From NCBI RefSeq assembly GCF_004010195.1, contig NC_057744.1:8980416-9044415 (forward strand): 64,000 nucleotides of DNA, in the 5' to 3' direction. Under the pieces are notes generated by a model. The model saw nothing but the letters and a program-made list of their open reading frames with translations. It searched no databases and was not told the origin of the DNA. Made by a program: the position numbers and the translations under genes. Within the stretch, counting starts at the first letter, position 1. Every line of letters starts with the position of its first letter. Below, piece by piece: positions 1-12,064 of this stretch. This DNA is from Chiloscyllium plagiosum. Its lineage: Eukaryota.

Positions 1-325
1 TATTACCTCCAAACAGTGAGGTTAGGCAGCGTAAGGAACGGTATAGCTATTAATGTTGGAACTCCACAGACCAATCTGAACAAGTTGGCAATAAATTTTG
101 TCAACATGAGAGAGAATGTACAATTTAAATCCCATTTTTATGACTTATAAGGAAGGTGGTCCAGGCTATATATAAAAGTACATCACAGAACTTCATGTGT
201 GTTGTATTCTATGCATTTTAGTTATTGCATATTTTGTGTCTATTCAACATTTCCCCTGAAGTCAGTTTTTTATTTGCAATTAAAAGTTCTCTTTAAAGTA
301 ACCGATCTGTTAAATCAGAGATTCC

Positions 326-650
326 CTAGAGTGTGGAAACAGGCCCTTCGGCTCAACAAGTCCACACTGACTCTCTGAAGAGTAACCCACTCAGACCCAT
401 TCCCTTAAATTTCCCCCTGACTAATACACTTAACCTACACATCCCTGAATACTATGAGCAATTCAGCATGGCTAATTCACCTAACGTGCACATCTTTTGA
501 TTATGGGAGGAAACCAGAGCACCCGAAAGAAACCCACACGGAGAATGTGCAATCTCCACAGAGACAGTCGCCTGAGGCTGGAATCAAACCCAGGTCCCTG
601 GCACTGTGAGGCAGCAGTGGTAACCACTGAGCCACTGAGCTGCCGTGCTG
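326..650 (-). mobile_element. HE1-like tRNA-derived SINE (elasmobranch V-SINE)
   Basis: The reverse complement gives a tRNA-like head (GGCTCAGTGGTTACCACTGCTGCCTCACAG...GGGTTTGATTCC), a conserved body and a CR1-like tail (GGGCCTGTTTCCACACT). Many copies occur in this window. Confidence 0.85.
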
Positions 651-1267
651 TCCATCAACTTGAGTTTTGGAACCTCTCTGTGCACATTACATTCCTCATT
701 GTTACTGTGAATGCACTTCAAAGAGTATTTTATTGAGTGTAACCACCTTGGGGACATCTTGAGCTGATATTTGTCCTACCTAAATACAAAGTTAATCTGC
801 ATAGTTTTGTAAATCATATCATTGGCATGCAGTTTCTATAAATGAGAGATTTTCAACAAAAGTATGGATTATGGAATTATTATTTAATTTTGTCTCTATG
901 CATAAATGGACATAATTAACCTAGGAAATATTGCTGACTTCTCAACCTGTTCCACCTCTCTCAGAACATCCTTGGGTGGAAAAATTCAAATTTTCACCAT
1001 TTTCACTTCAGAAAATTCATGTTGCCTTGATATTTCAATCCATTATCACACAAAACAAAATCATACAAACTTATCAGTTTCTTCAGCATTTACGTTTTAC
1101 TGTGCTTCAATTCATTAATGTTAGGCTTATTTCTGTGCATCAATTGCATTGTTCTAGAGGGAATACAGATTCCTTTACAAGAGATTTCCACCTGCTATGG
1201 TCACCATCTGCTAGAAATCTAACTCATTCTCTCTCTGCTTGAACTATATCAAATACAAATTAAGTAA

Positions 1268-4142
1268 TCTCAGGCTGATGGTTTTTCCATCCATCCATCG
1301 TATGGACCGCACAGCGTCCTCAGGTAAGACAAAGGGTGGAGGGATTTGCTTTTTAAACAACAACTTTTGGTGCATGGACATTGCAACCCTGGGAACCATT
1401 GCTCCCGAAAACCTTGAACGCCTCACCATCAAATACCACCCCTTTTATCTACCACAGAAATTTCCCGTTGCTATACTAACTGCTGTGTACATGCTGCCAC
1501 AAGCAAAGGTTGAGGAAGCTCTGGTTGTGCTGTACTCCACCACTAACACCCTGGAGATGGAACATCCCAAGGCCCTGTTTGTTGTGACTGGCGATTTCAA
1601 TCAAACCAGTCTAAGGAAGGTGTTGCCCAAATACCACCAAAAGATTACCTGCCCAACCAGGGGCCTGAACATTTTAGACGACTGCTACACCACTGTGAAA
1701 GATGCATACCACTCCATCCCCAGCCCTCATTTCGGGAACTCCGACCACACTGCCATGTTTCTTCTCCCGGCTTACAAGCAAAAGCTCAAGCAGGAGACCC
1801 CCTCACTGATACAGGTCCAGGAGAAGGAGGCAGAGGATCAACTCCGGTGCAGTCTGGAATCGGCTGATTTGACCATGTTCAAACAGTCCGCAGGTACCTT
1901 GGATGGGTACGCCACCACCATCACAGACTTTATCAGCAAGTGTGTGGAGGACTGTATACCGAGGGAGTCAATCCGGGTGTTCCCCAACAGGAAACCCTGG
2001 ATGAATCAGGACATACAGAACCTGCTAAAAACCAGGCGTGAGGCCCTCAGATCAGGAGACCCACTCAAATATAAGGAATCCAAGTATGACCTTCGCAGAC
2101 CATTAAGACAGCCAAGGACCAATACCGATCCAAACTAGAGACTCAGACAGATACCTGGCAATTATGGCAAGGATTGAATGACATTACAGGTTCTAAAAAG
2201 AGACAGTACAAGATAGCAGATGATGACATATTCCTCCCGGGTCATCTCAATGCTCTCTATACTCGCTTTGAGCAGAATTTTGTGGAGAGGTAACACCTAT
2301 TCCGACAAGTCCTGATGAACCTATCCCAGCAGTCACTGCATCAGGGGTCAGATCAGTTTTCCTTCGTGTGAATGCAAGGAAAGCGATGGGACCAGACGGA
2401 GTAGCAGGCCGTGCACTCAGAGAATGTGCAGATCAACTGGCAGAGGTCTTCTCGGACATCTTCAACCTCTCCCTGCAGTAGGTCACTGTCCCTGCCTGTT
2501 TCAAAAGGGCCAACATCATCCCTGTGCCTAAGAAGGCTCATGCTGCATGTCTCAATGACTACCACCCCAGTGGCCCCAACTTCGACGGTCATGAAGTGCT
2601 TTGCAAGGCTGGTCATGGCATTAATCAACTCCAGCCTCCCCACTACACTTGACCCACTCCAATTTGCCTAACAGACCAACAGATAAACGTCAGATGCCAT
2701 ATCACTTGCCCTTCACTTCTCCCTAGAACATCTTGACACCAAGAACAGCTACTTAAGAATCCTACTGATTGACTACAGTTCAGCCTTCAATACTATTATC
2801 TCCTTGAGACTGATTACTAAACTTAGTGATCTTGGATTAAGCCCCACTCTCTGCAACCTACAGGCCACAATCAGTGAAGGTTGGAGACAATATTTCATCG
2901 TCACTAACACTCAATACTGCAACCCCCCCATGGGTGCGTACTCAGCCCCTACTGTATTCACTGTATACCAATGACTGCGTCACCAAATACCAGACTAATG
3001 CCATTTGCAAGTTCACCGATGACACCACCATAGTTGGTCGAATCTCAGATGGCAACGAAAGAGACTACAGACGGGAGGTGGAAGACCTGGAAAAATGGTG
3101 CACTGAGCACAACCGAGCTCTCAATGCTGGCAAAATCAAGGAACTCATTATTGACTTTTAGTGGGATGTTACTCATGCCCCACTACACATTAAAAGCTGG
3201 AAACAAGTGGAGAGTGTCAAGCTCCTGGGTGTGGTCATCCACAACAAGCTTCTTGGACCCTTCATGTTGACGCACTGGTTACAAAGGCCCAACAATGTCT
3301 CTTCTTCCTCAGGCAGCTGAGGAAATTTGGCATGACGGCAAATACCCTTGCCATCGAGGGCATTCTGTCTGGATGTATCACTACCTGGTATGGCAACTGT
3401 ACCATTCAAGATCGGAGATGGTTATAGAGAGAGTGGTGAATTCGGCCCAGACAATCAAAAGGCCAACCTCCCATCTATAGAATCCAACTACCAGGCTTGC
3501 TGTCAAGGTAAGGCCGCCAGCATTCTCAAAGATCCATCCCACCCTGGCAATGTTTTTCTACAACCTCTACTATTGGAGAGAAGGTACAGAAGCCTGAACA
3601 CACGCACCAGCTGGTTTCATAACAGTTTTTTTTTAGATTACATTACAGTGTGGAAACAGGCCCTTCGGCCCACTAAGTCCACACCGACCTGCCGAAGCGC
3701 AACCCACCCATACCCCTACATTTACCCCTTACCTAACACTACGGGCAATTTAGCATGGCCAATTCACCTGACCTGCACATCTTTTGGACTGTGGGAGGAA
3801 ACCGGAGTACCCGGAGGAAACCCACGCAGACACAGGGAGAACGTGCAAACTCCACAGTCAGTCGCCTGAGGCGGGAATTGAACCCGGGTCTCCGGCGCTG
3901 TGAGGCAGCAGTGCTAACCACTGTGCCACCATGCCATCCCACCCTACTGTTGTTAGAATACTGAATGGACTCACAAACTCTTAACATTTGCCTGTGCCAG
4001 TGTTTTTGTTTTTGCTGCTGTTTACCTATTATTTACTGATCTATGCTACTTAACTCTGATCTGCCTGTATTGCTCGCAAGACAAAGCTTTTCACTGTGCC
4101 TCGGTACATGTGACAATCAATTTAATTCAATTAATTTAATTC
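1268..4142 (+). mobile_element. Rex1/Babar-clade LINE, degenerate (APE endonuclease + RT), interrupted by a SINE
   Basis: ORF fragments carry APE motifs (KTKGGGICF, VTGDFN, FGNSDH, NRKPWMN) and RT motifs ([42 protein letters not shown]). Several stops and frameshifts are present. An AATTC-like tail lies at about 4115-4142. Confidence 0.85.
3635..3940 (-). mobile_element. HE1-like SINE nested in the 3' end of the Rex1 LINE
   Basis: Near-consensus copy with A/B-box-like head (GGTGGCACAGTGGTTAGCACTGCTGCCTCACAGCGCCGGAGACCCGGGTTCAATTCC). LINE sequence resumes at about 3941. Confidence 0.9.
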
Positions 4143-4664
4143 ATATGATTCATTACTGTTGGACGCAAACTTGGATTTTATACTCGGAGTTTATTTTAAT
4201 TTTAAAATTAATCAGTTTAGAACAAACAAGTTTACCAATGTTAAAATAGCATGTATGTTTTGAGAGCGCATTGAAAGAAACGACTGCTCAAGATATGGAA
4301 TGATTCTTCCACTCACAGAAGACGGTCCTCCTCTCTCTTCAACTTCAGAATTGTCCTTGACAGAAACTGTATCACTCTTCTTTCCTTGCCCCTAGCTATT
4401 GTCCAAATCCTTGTCCTCTCTGTCCAAAAGCATTAATGGTGACATCATATTCAATCCATACAATAGATAAGATTGAAGGGGAGGAAGAGGCTCATTAAGT
4501 GTGTCATATACTCATGATGGCTGGAGAATCTTCACCAAACTTTTTGTTACCACTTCCCACCACCAGCCAATGCCCTCCCCATTCCCCTTGCAACCCACAA
4601 CCATGTAATGGGTAATTTCCTGGGAGAGGTAGGAAAGGAGAAAAACATCCTGGAAAACTTCTCT

Positions 4665-4972
4665 CAATGGCTCGGAGGTTGGTACTGCTGCCTTCCAGTG
4701 CCAGGGACCCTGGTTCGATTCCAATCTCAGGCAACTGTCTGTGTAGAGTGTAATCATTCTCCCCGTGCCTGCGTGAGTTTCCTCTCACAGTCCAAAGATG
4801 GTCAGGTTAGGTCGATTGGCCATGCTAAATCGCTCACGGTTTCCAGGTCTGTGCAAAATAAATGGATTAGTCATGGGAAATGCAAGGTTACAGGGTAGCC
4901 GGAGGGGGAATCTTTGGAAGGTTAGTGTGGACTTGGGCCAAATGACCTGCTTCCATACTGTAGGGATTCTTT
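4665..4972 (+). mobile_element. HE1-like SINE, degenerate
   Basis: Head ATGGCTCGGAGGTTGGTACTGCTGCC...GGTTCGATTCC; body GATTGGCCATGCTAAAT; tail CTGTAGGGATTCT. Confidence 0.75.
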
Positions 4973-7900
4973 GAATATTCAGATGAGCAAATGAGGCTAC
5001 GGTCTAGCATCAAATATTTACTACAAAGGCATATGACTTGCAAATGATGTGATCGCTGTCTAAGGCAAGAAGCAGCACAGCTCCCTCTTGAAGTTCAAGT
5101 TTCAGCATTCACTAAACCAGCGAGCAATATATTCCAGAGCTTCGTTACAAGCCATGTGTAAAGAAATGCCAGCATATCCTGACTCTTAAAGTATCCTATG
5201 GTCAGCACAGACATGGTGGACCAAAGGGCCTGTTCCTGTGCTGTACTGTCCCATGACTTGCAAAATGAGATCCTAGGGGAGAGCACTACCAAGGACACAT
5301 TCACTAAAAGTACAATGCTTTAGAAGTGCAATGGGCATCTCTTACCTTTCCAAACCTGGGAAAGGTACTGAACGTTTCTGACACTGAATTGCTCTGCATG
5401 GTATGATTACGTTGATCTTCATTGACCTGACCAATTCCTCCCACTCATCCTCAAGGAGCCATCTTAAAGCCTCTTGCTATTTACAACCTAACTTCTTGTA
5501 GCTTCACTTCAATATGATTGGGGTCTTTATGTATCACTGAACTGCAGCCCCATCCTCCTGCCTCTTCAAAGTTTGGATAAGAACCAAGTGATACCCTGCA
5601 GCCCAAAGTGATGCCAGCTGCTTTAAATCATTACATGCCTTTGTCCCATTCATTGTCTTTAAATAAATTTGACCCTAAGAATTAGCAGGACCACTGTTTG
5701 TGATAACCAGCCTGTCCCAACTTTTCATTGTCACATTCTGGTGAGAATCATGCCACAATAAGTGGATTAAGTGGTAGGCGCATTAATGGCCTCAGTGGTG
5801 CTGAAATGCAAGTTGTTGTTGTCTCAGGTAGGAGCCTTCATCAGAAGTTGAGCTGCTGTTTGTTTCCAGCATCTCTCCTTTTGTAAAGAATATTATTTAG
5901 CATATCGCAGTATTGAACAGAATACTGTAGAGGGACACTGTACATAAGGAATTGGTGGCAGCATCAGAGATCATTCTGAGATATGTAACATGAAAGGAGG
6001 AAGAAAATAGTACGACTAGGAGTTTGAGGTCGGCGAAGAGGCTGAGGGTGAATGATCTATTGGTACTATTCACCGTCTCCTGTTCAGCAGTTGCATCAAT
6101 GTATCAAATGCACAAAGATAGCACAGTTCAGCTTTTTAGAATGCCTGTTTATCTTCTGCCTAAGCAATCATGCCTGAGGCATTGCTCAGGTGCATAGAGT
6201 CAAACTGTTGTAAGTTCTACAACTTCACATTGTCCATCAGATTTTAAGATAAAGGAAACTAAACTTTCCAACAGCACACGCAAACAACTTTAACAGCTAA
6301 GAGCAATGAACCCAGAATTCAAAATACAGCTGATTTCAGAAGCCATATGGCCGTTTTTCTCCAAACCATAATAGTTGCTTTTTAGTGTTTACTTTGAAAA
6401 GATGTTCTGCTAAATGGAACTGAAATATTGGTAGCATGGTCCTCTCAGTGGCTGCTTTAAAGTCTGCTGTTGAGAATAAGATTTAACAACATTGAGTGTA
6501 AATGTGCAGAAGCACAATAATTCAGTCAGACTTAAAGTCACCTGTTCTGTGATTTGAAACCAATACCTTAACTAAAGATTGAACTAAAGAGACAAAATCT
6601 ACTCAAATGACTGGTATTATTATGATCTCAGATGATGGCATTACTAGACAAGGCAGATCCCAGAATGAAATTTGGCTTAATAGATCTTTTTTTCAATCAT
6701 TATAGTTCATATTTTTGACAGTTACTGAAACACAGTCACTCCAGGCTGCAGAGTTTCCTTAATAACAAAAGTTAATAAAACAAAAGATTAAAACAAAATA
6801 CAATCAGTTGTGCACATGCAAGATCTAAAAACACATTTCAAAACAAAGTATCATCCTGGGCCCTGATATATCTGTTTCAGAGTCTCCAGTCTGGAAAAGT
6901 TACCTCTCAGTATGTAATCTTTTAATTTTACTTAATAGATTCTCCCCAGGTCTTTCCTGCAAACTGTAAAATCATCTTCATAGGTACTCACAATACTGAG
7001 AGCTTAGAATTTCTCTGCTTTTAATAACCTGCAGATTTCTAATGAAACACTCCTAGCTTCGTAGTTGCACAAATTAACATTCTCTATTAGGCTTTCCCTG
7101 AAATGTTCTATACTCCTTTCTTGGATGGAAACTATATTTATGTCTAACCCCAGTCAGATCTTCTGCGGAATTGCTTTAAAAACTTTAAATCTTTGGTTTC
7201 CTTGATTATCCTGAACCAAGAGCAAGCTAATGGCCTTCAAAGTTTACCCTACTGTTGTAAACAAACAGAGTGAAAACAATTTTCCATTAACACTCCATGA
7301 GATCTCTGCTCTCTGACATATTCTGGATTAGCTTGCTGTTCCAAAAGACTGTCTCATCTAGCATTTTTGTAAACCCTTCAGAAAAGTAAGCAACCCCATG
7401 GGACACTATTTTAAAATCCAAAGTCGAAAAATGACAGTAAGATATACATAAATCGGATACCTTTCATCACACATGGCTCTGCACTGATTTTGTTTTAATG
7501 ATTGTGAACAGATAAAGCTTCATAAAGAATAGAGGTATTTAGTATGGATCTAGGGGTGATGCCCTTATTTGGGAAATCTATAGGAATTTCAAATTCCCTC
7601 ATGAAGGAGGCCCAATGAAATTAAATGTCCATCAGGCACTTAACTAGCTAATGTCATGGATTGGCAAGAATTGAGGACTGGGAATGTTGCTGTTCTGGGT
7701 AATGCTCTGAGGAAGCACAGACAGGAAATCTGCATCAAATCTCTAAGTGCAATAGAGGTGGGCAGAATGGGAATTTGTGGAGGAGAGGTGATGAGAAAGG
7801 AAGGACAAGGGCATTGTGAAGCAAGGGTAAGGGTATGTTTTTCAGAGATCTTCAATGCTGGGTTCAGCAATCAGGTACTGAGTGCCTGCGAATGCTCTCC

Positions 7901-8371
7901 CCCAATCCACCCTCTCCTCCACAGACAATGTGTTGGATAGGCACATGAACTTCAGGTGAATCCCATTTAATTCCTGACTAAGCATTAAATTTGGGACTTA
8001 GGGATTAACTATTGTCAAATGGCTCATTAATGAGTTGTTCACTTTGGCCCCTTCTTGCCTCTGACTTAATTATGGAAACTATTTCTCCCATCAACAGACT
8101 CACAGTGGCCTCCTATGTGATTCACGCTGTGTTTCCCAATACAAAGGGTTGGATTAAATTCCACTCAGAAACACTGCTGTATAATATGTAGACCACAAGC
8201 TGAAGAAAGGCCCAAGCAGCATTAAAACAGCTGTTTTGGAGGGAGAGCAAAGATTCAAACCTTAGGATTGACACCACCTCATAAATATTGCATTTTGTTA
8301 CTTCTCCTTTCTGTCCTACTTCTTCGAGGTGTACAGGCCCACAGTTCCCTGAAGGTGGCAACACAAATGGT

Positions 8372-8690
8372 CGTTGAGATCTTCAATTCAGATAACCTCC
8401 CTTCCCATTCCACGACTCCCTTCTGAGCCCCTCCCCCTGCCTTCCATTCCTCTGATTGACCCTTCCTTCCAGTCAGAGATTCATTCCTCCCATCGACCAA
8501 CCAGGTCATACCCTGTACCTGTCTCCACCTATCGCCGCCTCACCACTCTGCCCTCCTCCTCCACCGCCTCTCTATCTGCAGCTCCCCTTACACAGTCCTG
8601 AAGATGGGTTACATCCGAAACATTACTTCTGCACCTCCTGCTGCTGCCTGGCTTGCTGTGTTCTTCCAGCCTCCTGCTTGTCTTCTTTAG
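8372..8690 (+). mobile_element. Penelope-like element terminal (pLTR) fragment with degenerate hammerhead core
   Basis: A pyrimidine-rich tract is followed by CCTGAAGATGGGTTACATCCGAAAC and GCTGCCTGGCTTGCTGTGTTCTTCCAGC, matching the other pLTR copies in the window. Confidence 0.6.
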
Positions 8691-9240
8691 CATAGAGTAT
8701 AAAAATTGGCAAGTCGTGTTATAACTGTATACAACTTTGGCTCGGTGACATTTGGAATATTCTGGACAGTTCTTGTCATCAGAAGGTCATGGAGGCTTCG
8801 GAAAGGGTACAGAAACGATTTACCGGGATGTTGCCTGGTTTAGAGGGAATTAGCTATGAGGAGAGATTGGGAAACCTTGGTTTGTTTTCACTGAAACATC
8901 AAAAGGATGAGAGGGTGAGCTGATAGAAGTTTACAAAATGGTGAGAGACATGGATAGAATGGATAGTCAGAGTCTTTTTCCCAGGTTGGAAATATCAATT
9001 ACTAGGGTACATAGGTTTAAGGTAAAAGGGGGAAAGTTTAAAGGAAATGTGAGAAGCAGGTTTTTCACACAGAGAGCGGTAAATGCCTGGAATGCACTGC
9101 CAGAGGAGGAGTACAGGTAAATATAGTAGCAACATTTAAAAGGCTTCTCGATAGACACAACGTAAAGGCTAAATGTTTTTAATGTAGAAAGGTGCAGTCT
9201 TGATGGGCCTAAGGGCCTGTTGTTGTGCTGTTCTTTGTTC
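8690..9240 (+). mobile_element. CR1 LINE 3' fragment
   Basis: ORF2 C-terminal motifs (SLFPR, TRVHRFKVKG, FFTQRAVNAWNALP) and a GTTCTTT tail. Confidence 0.85.
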
Positions 9241-9484
9241 TTGAGCTTTCTGTCGTCAGGCAGGTCCTTGCTGGAGAGTAATAAATTTATAATTCCTTTA
9301 TGGCAAGAAGTCAAACTCTGGGTCTACCTCACCTGGGACAAGAACCAAACCTTGTTCTGTTGGTGTTGATATAATTGACACCTTGGATGCTCGCCAACTG
9401 AACTAACCTTCCCTTTCTATTATTCCTGACTGTATAACCCTTTACCTTGCGTGCCTTCATGATTTTCTTTTGCCACCTGCCCTC

Positions 9485-9700
9485 TGAAGAGTTGCACAGA
9501 AAGTAGGGGAGTTCTCTGAGTATCATGGTCAAGATTTATCACTCAACCAACATCATTGCAAACAGATTGTTTGATCATTTATCTCAACACTGTGTTTGGG
9601 ATCTTCCTGGGTTGAAATTACTCATTTTGCTTTCCAAAATTACAACATTGACTACATATATCAAAAGTAAATCTTTAGATGTGGGCACATTCTAGATGTC
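9485..9700 (+). mobile_element. Deu-domain SINE (SacSINE1/AmnSINE1-like), degenerate
   Basis: GGGGAGTTCTCTGAGTATCATGGTCAAGATTTATCACTCAACCAACATC resembles the Deu domain. Related copies lie at about 14960-15130, 16860-17160, 27600-27950, 42080-42330 (all -) and 58745-59020 (+). Confidence 0.6.
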
Positions 9701-10621
9701 TAAAGACACAATATAGAATATAGAACAGGAGAATCAGACAGCCTAGAATGAGGTTCTATGGCCCGTTGACTATAATTAGTCTCACTCCTCAGCTCTTTCC
9801 TGATAGGCATATTGATTTATTATTGTATTCATAACTTTTATATCTGCAAAACATTAATTAGCTCTAATTTGGGGCACACTTTTTATCAATGCATACCCTA
9901 TTGTGAAGAAGTAATTCGATCTATAAAAGGGGAATGACATTGGAAAATAACCAAAATGATACTGGGACAAGAGGTTAGGGTCTAAAGAAAAGCCTCATAA
10001 ATTGAGAGCAGAGAATATTAAAGGGGCATTCTGATGGATGTTTTCCAAAGTTATGAAGAGACAATGAATAGCATAAGACTATTTGGCAAAATCTCTAACA
10101 AAGGATGACAACACTTTGGATGATCATCAATTGCATAATTTTAATCGAGCAATTGTGCATTTCATTTGAACTGTAAGTCCTGTTGAAATCTCAGCTTTCA
10201 TTTAAATTGGCCAAGATGGCCCTTGTACAGATGACCATTCCAAAGCTAGCTTCAAGTTGACTTGTAAATGTACCCCAATCGGCAAAGCCAGCTGTTTATG
10301 TTATGAATCCATCCTACCTGTCCCACAAATTTTATGGTACTTCCAATGCGATCTCTCAGGAGAAGCAAAGACCAGATAAAACAACACCCCAAAATGACTG
10401 AACTAATTGCCCATCCTAATTGCCCTGGAGAAGGTGATGGTGAATAGTTCTTGAGGTGTAAGCACATGCATGGTGCTGTTAGGGAGCAAGTTTCAGGATT
10501 TTAATCTGGTGATAGTGAACAAATCATGATATAACTCCATATGAGGCAGTTATGTGAGACAAGGGGCACTTGTAATTGGTGGTGATGGTGTTACCCTGCT
10601 GAACCCTTGTTTTGACTCATA

Positions 10622-10905
10622 GGGTGGCATGGTGGCACTGCTGCCTCACAGCGCCAGAGACCCTGGTTCAATTCCCGCCTCAGGCGACTGACTGTGGAGT
10701 TTGCACATTCTCCCTGTGTCTGCATGGGTTTCCTCCGGGTGCTCTGGTTTCCTCCCACAGTCCAAAAATGTGCAGGTTAGGTGAATTGGCCATGCTAAAT
10801 TGCCCGTAGTGTTAGGGGAATGGGTCTGGGTGGATTGCGCTTTGGCGGGTCGGTGTGGACTTGTTGGGCCAAAGGCCTGTTTCCACACTGTAAATAATCT
10901 AATCT
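10622..10905 (+). mobile_element. HE1-like SINE
   Basis: GGGTGGCATGGTGGCACTGCTGCCTCACAGCGCCAGAGACCCTGGTTCAATTCC...GGCCTGTTTCCACACTG, ending in a TAATCTAATCT tail. Confidence 0.88.
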
Positions 10906-11704
10906 TTGACAGCACCTTCCAAATCCTGACCTTTGCCACTCTGATAGAGGCCACAGATTAGGAAGGTTCTGTCACAAGGGTTAGTTGCATCTTTGTTGAT
11001 GGTACGCACTGCTGCCACCATGCATCAGTGATGGAGGGAGTAAATTATTGTGGATTATAGTATCACTGCTTGGTGCTAGATACTGTTAAGCTTCTTTAAT
11101 GGCTGAAGCTGCACTTATCCAGGCAAATGGAGAATATCATATTTCTGACTGATAATTCAGTGACTGAATCATACAATCATTATTACATGACTGTTCAGGT
11201 CACTAGAGGCATTATTTTGAAGTCTACAAGATAGCTCAATGAAAAGTTGCTTAGATGCACGAAAATGGTGCATGCTGTTGACTTCAAAGAAGGGGTAGAG
11301 TTATGATAGTGATCTTCTCAGTGGTGTTGGTGAGGGTCATGGCCCATTAGGGAACTAGTTTGAGGAAAATCTGATGTGATTTCATTAGTATTGTAGTGTT
11401 GTGCTCCATTGCTTCCTTTTCCCTCTGTGCAGGTGAAGGGCCCTAATCCCATAGTTGAGCATCAGTGATGCAAATGCCCAGAAAATGTTAGACCTGCCCA
11501 TGTTAATTAGAATCAGCAAATGGCATTATTTTCTAGTGTGCAAGACCGCTTTTTAATTGAAATGTTAGGGCCCGTTCATATCATAAAAATGGACTGCTAC
11601 AGCCCTGAAGAAGAAAATTCTCAATCTGATCAACTGATCATGTTATTGCAATTCAATTTCATTCTTAGACATGTTTACGCTGTCATACACCATTTCACTT
11701 TTAC

Positions 11705-11930
11705 AAGTTTTTCACGCAAAGAGTGGTGTGTGTATGGAATGAGCTGCCAGGGAAGTGGTGGAGGCTTCTACAAATACAACATTTAGACATCTGGATGGGT
11801 AGGTGAATAGGACGGATTTAGAGGGATGTGAACCAAATTCTGGCAAATGGAATTAATTTAGGATACCTGGTCGGCATGGCCGGGTTGAACCGAGGGATGT
11901 GTTTCCGTGCTGTATAGCTCTGTGATTCGA
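11705..11930 (+). mobile_element. CR1 LINE 3' end fragment
   Basis: TTTTCACGCAAAGAGTGGTGTGTGTATGGAATGAGCTGCCAG...GTGTTTCCGTGCTGTA is the same 3' end as the copies at 22230-22466 and 59750-59982. Confidence 0.8.
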
Positions 11931-12064
11931 TATTTGCTCCCAAAGACAATATAAGGGAGAAGTGATAATAGTTCTTCCAGCTATACACTCTTGCATATTG
12001 TTGTTTATTTGCTGTTAAAGATGAGACTCACTTTGCTGTGACATGACCTTTTCATTTGCACATT

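Noticed and set aside
1239-2138. 299-aa ORF as a host gene
   Set aside because: It is the endonuclease region of a degenerate Rex1/Babar LINE.
3850-3935. tRNA gene (A/B-box-like sequence)
   Set aside because: It is the tRNA-derived head of an HE1-like SINE, contiguous with the SINE body in many copies.
4310-4405. Possible minus-strand exon ending at a gtgagt donor
   Set aside because: No pyrimidine-rich acceptor, no partner exons, and no similarity to the apolipoprotein-like genes.
6617-7471. Possible old solo LTR on the minus strand (starts TGTGATGAAAG)
   Set aside because: No clear second terminus or TSD and no second copy in the window, so it cannot be supported.
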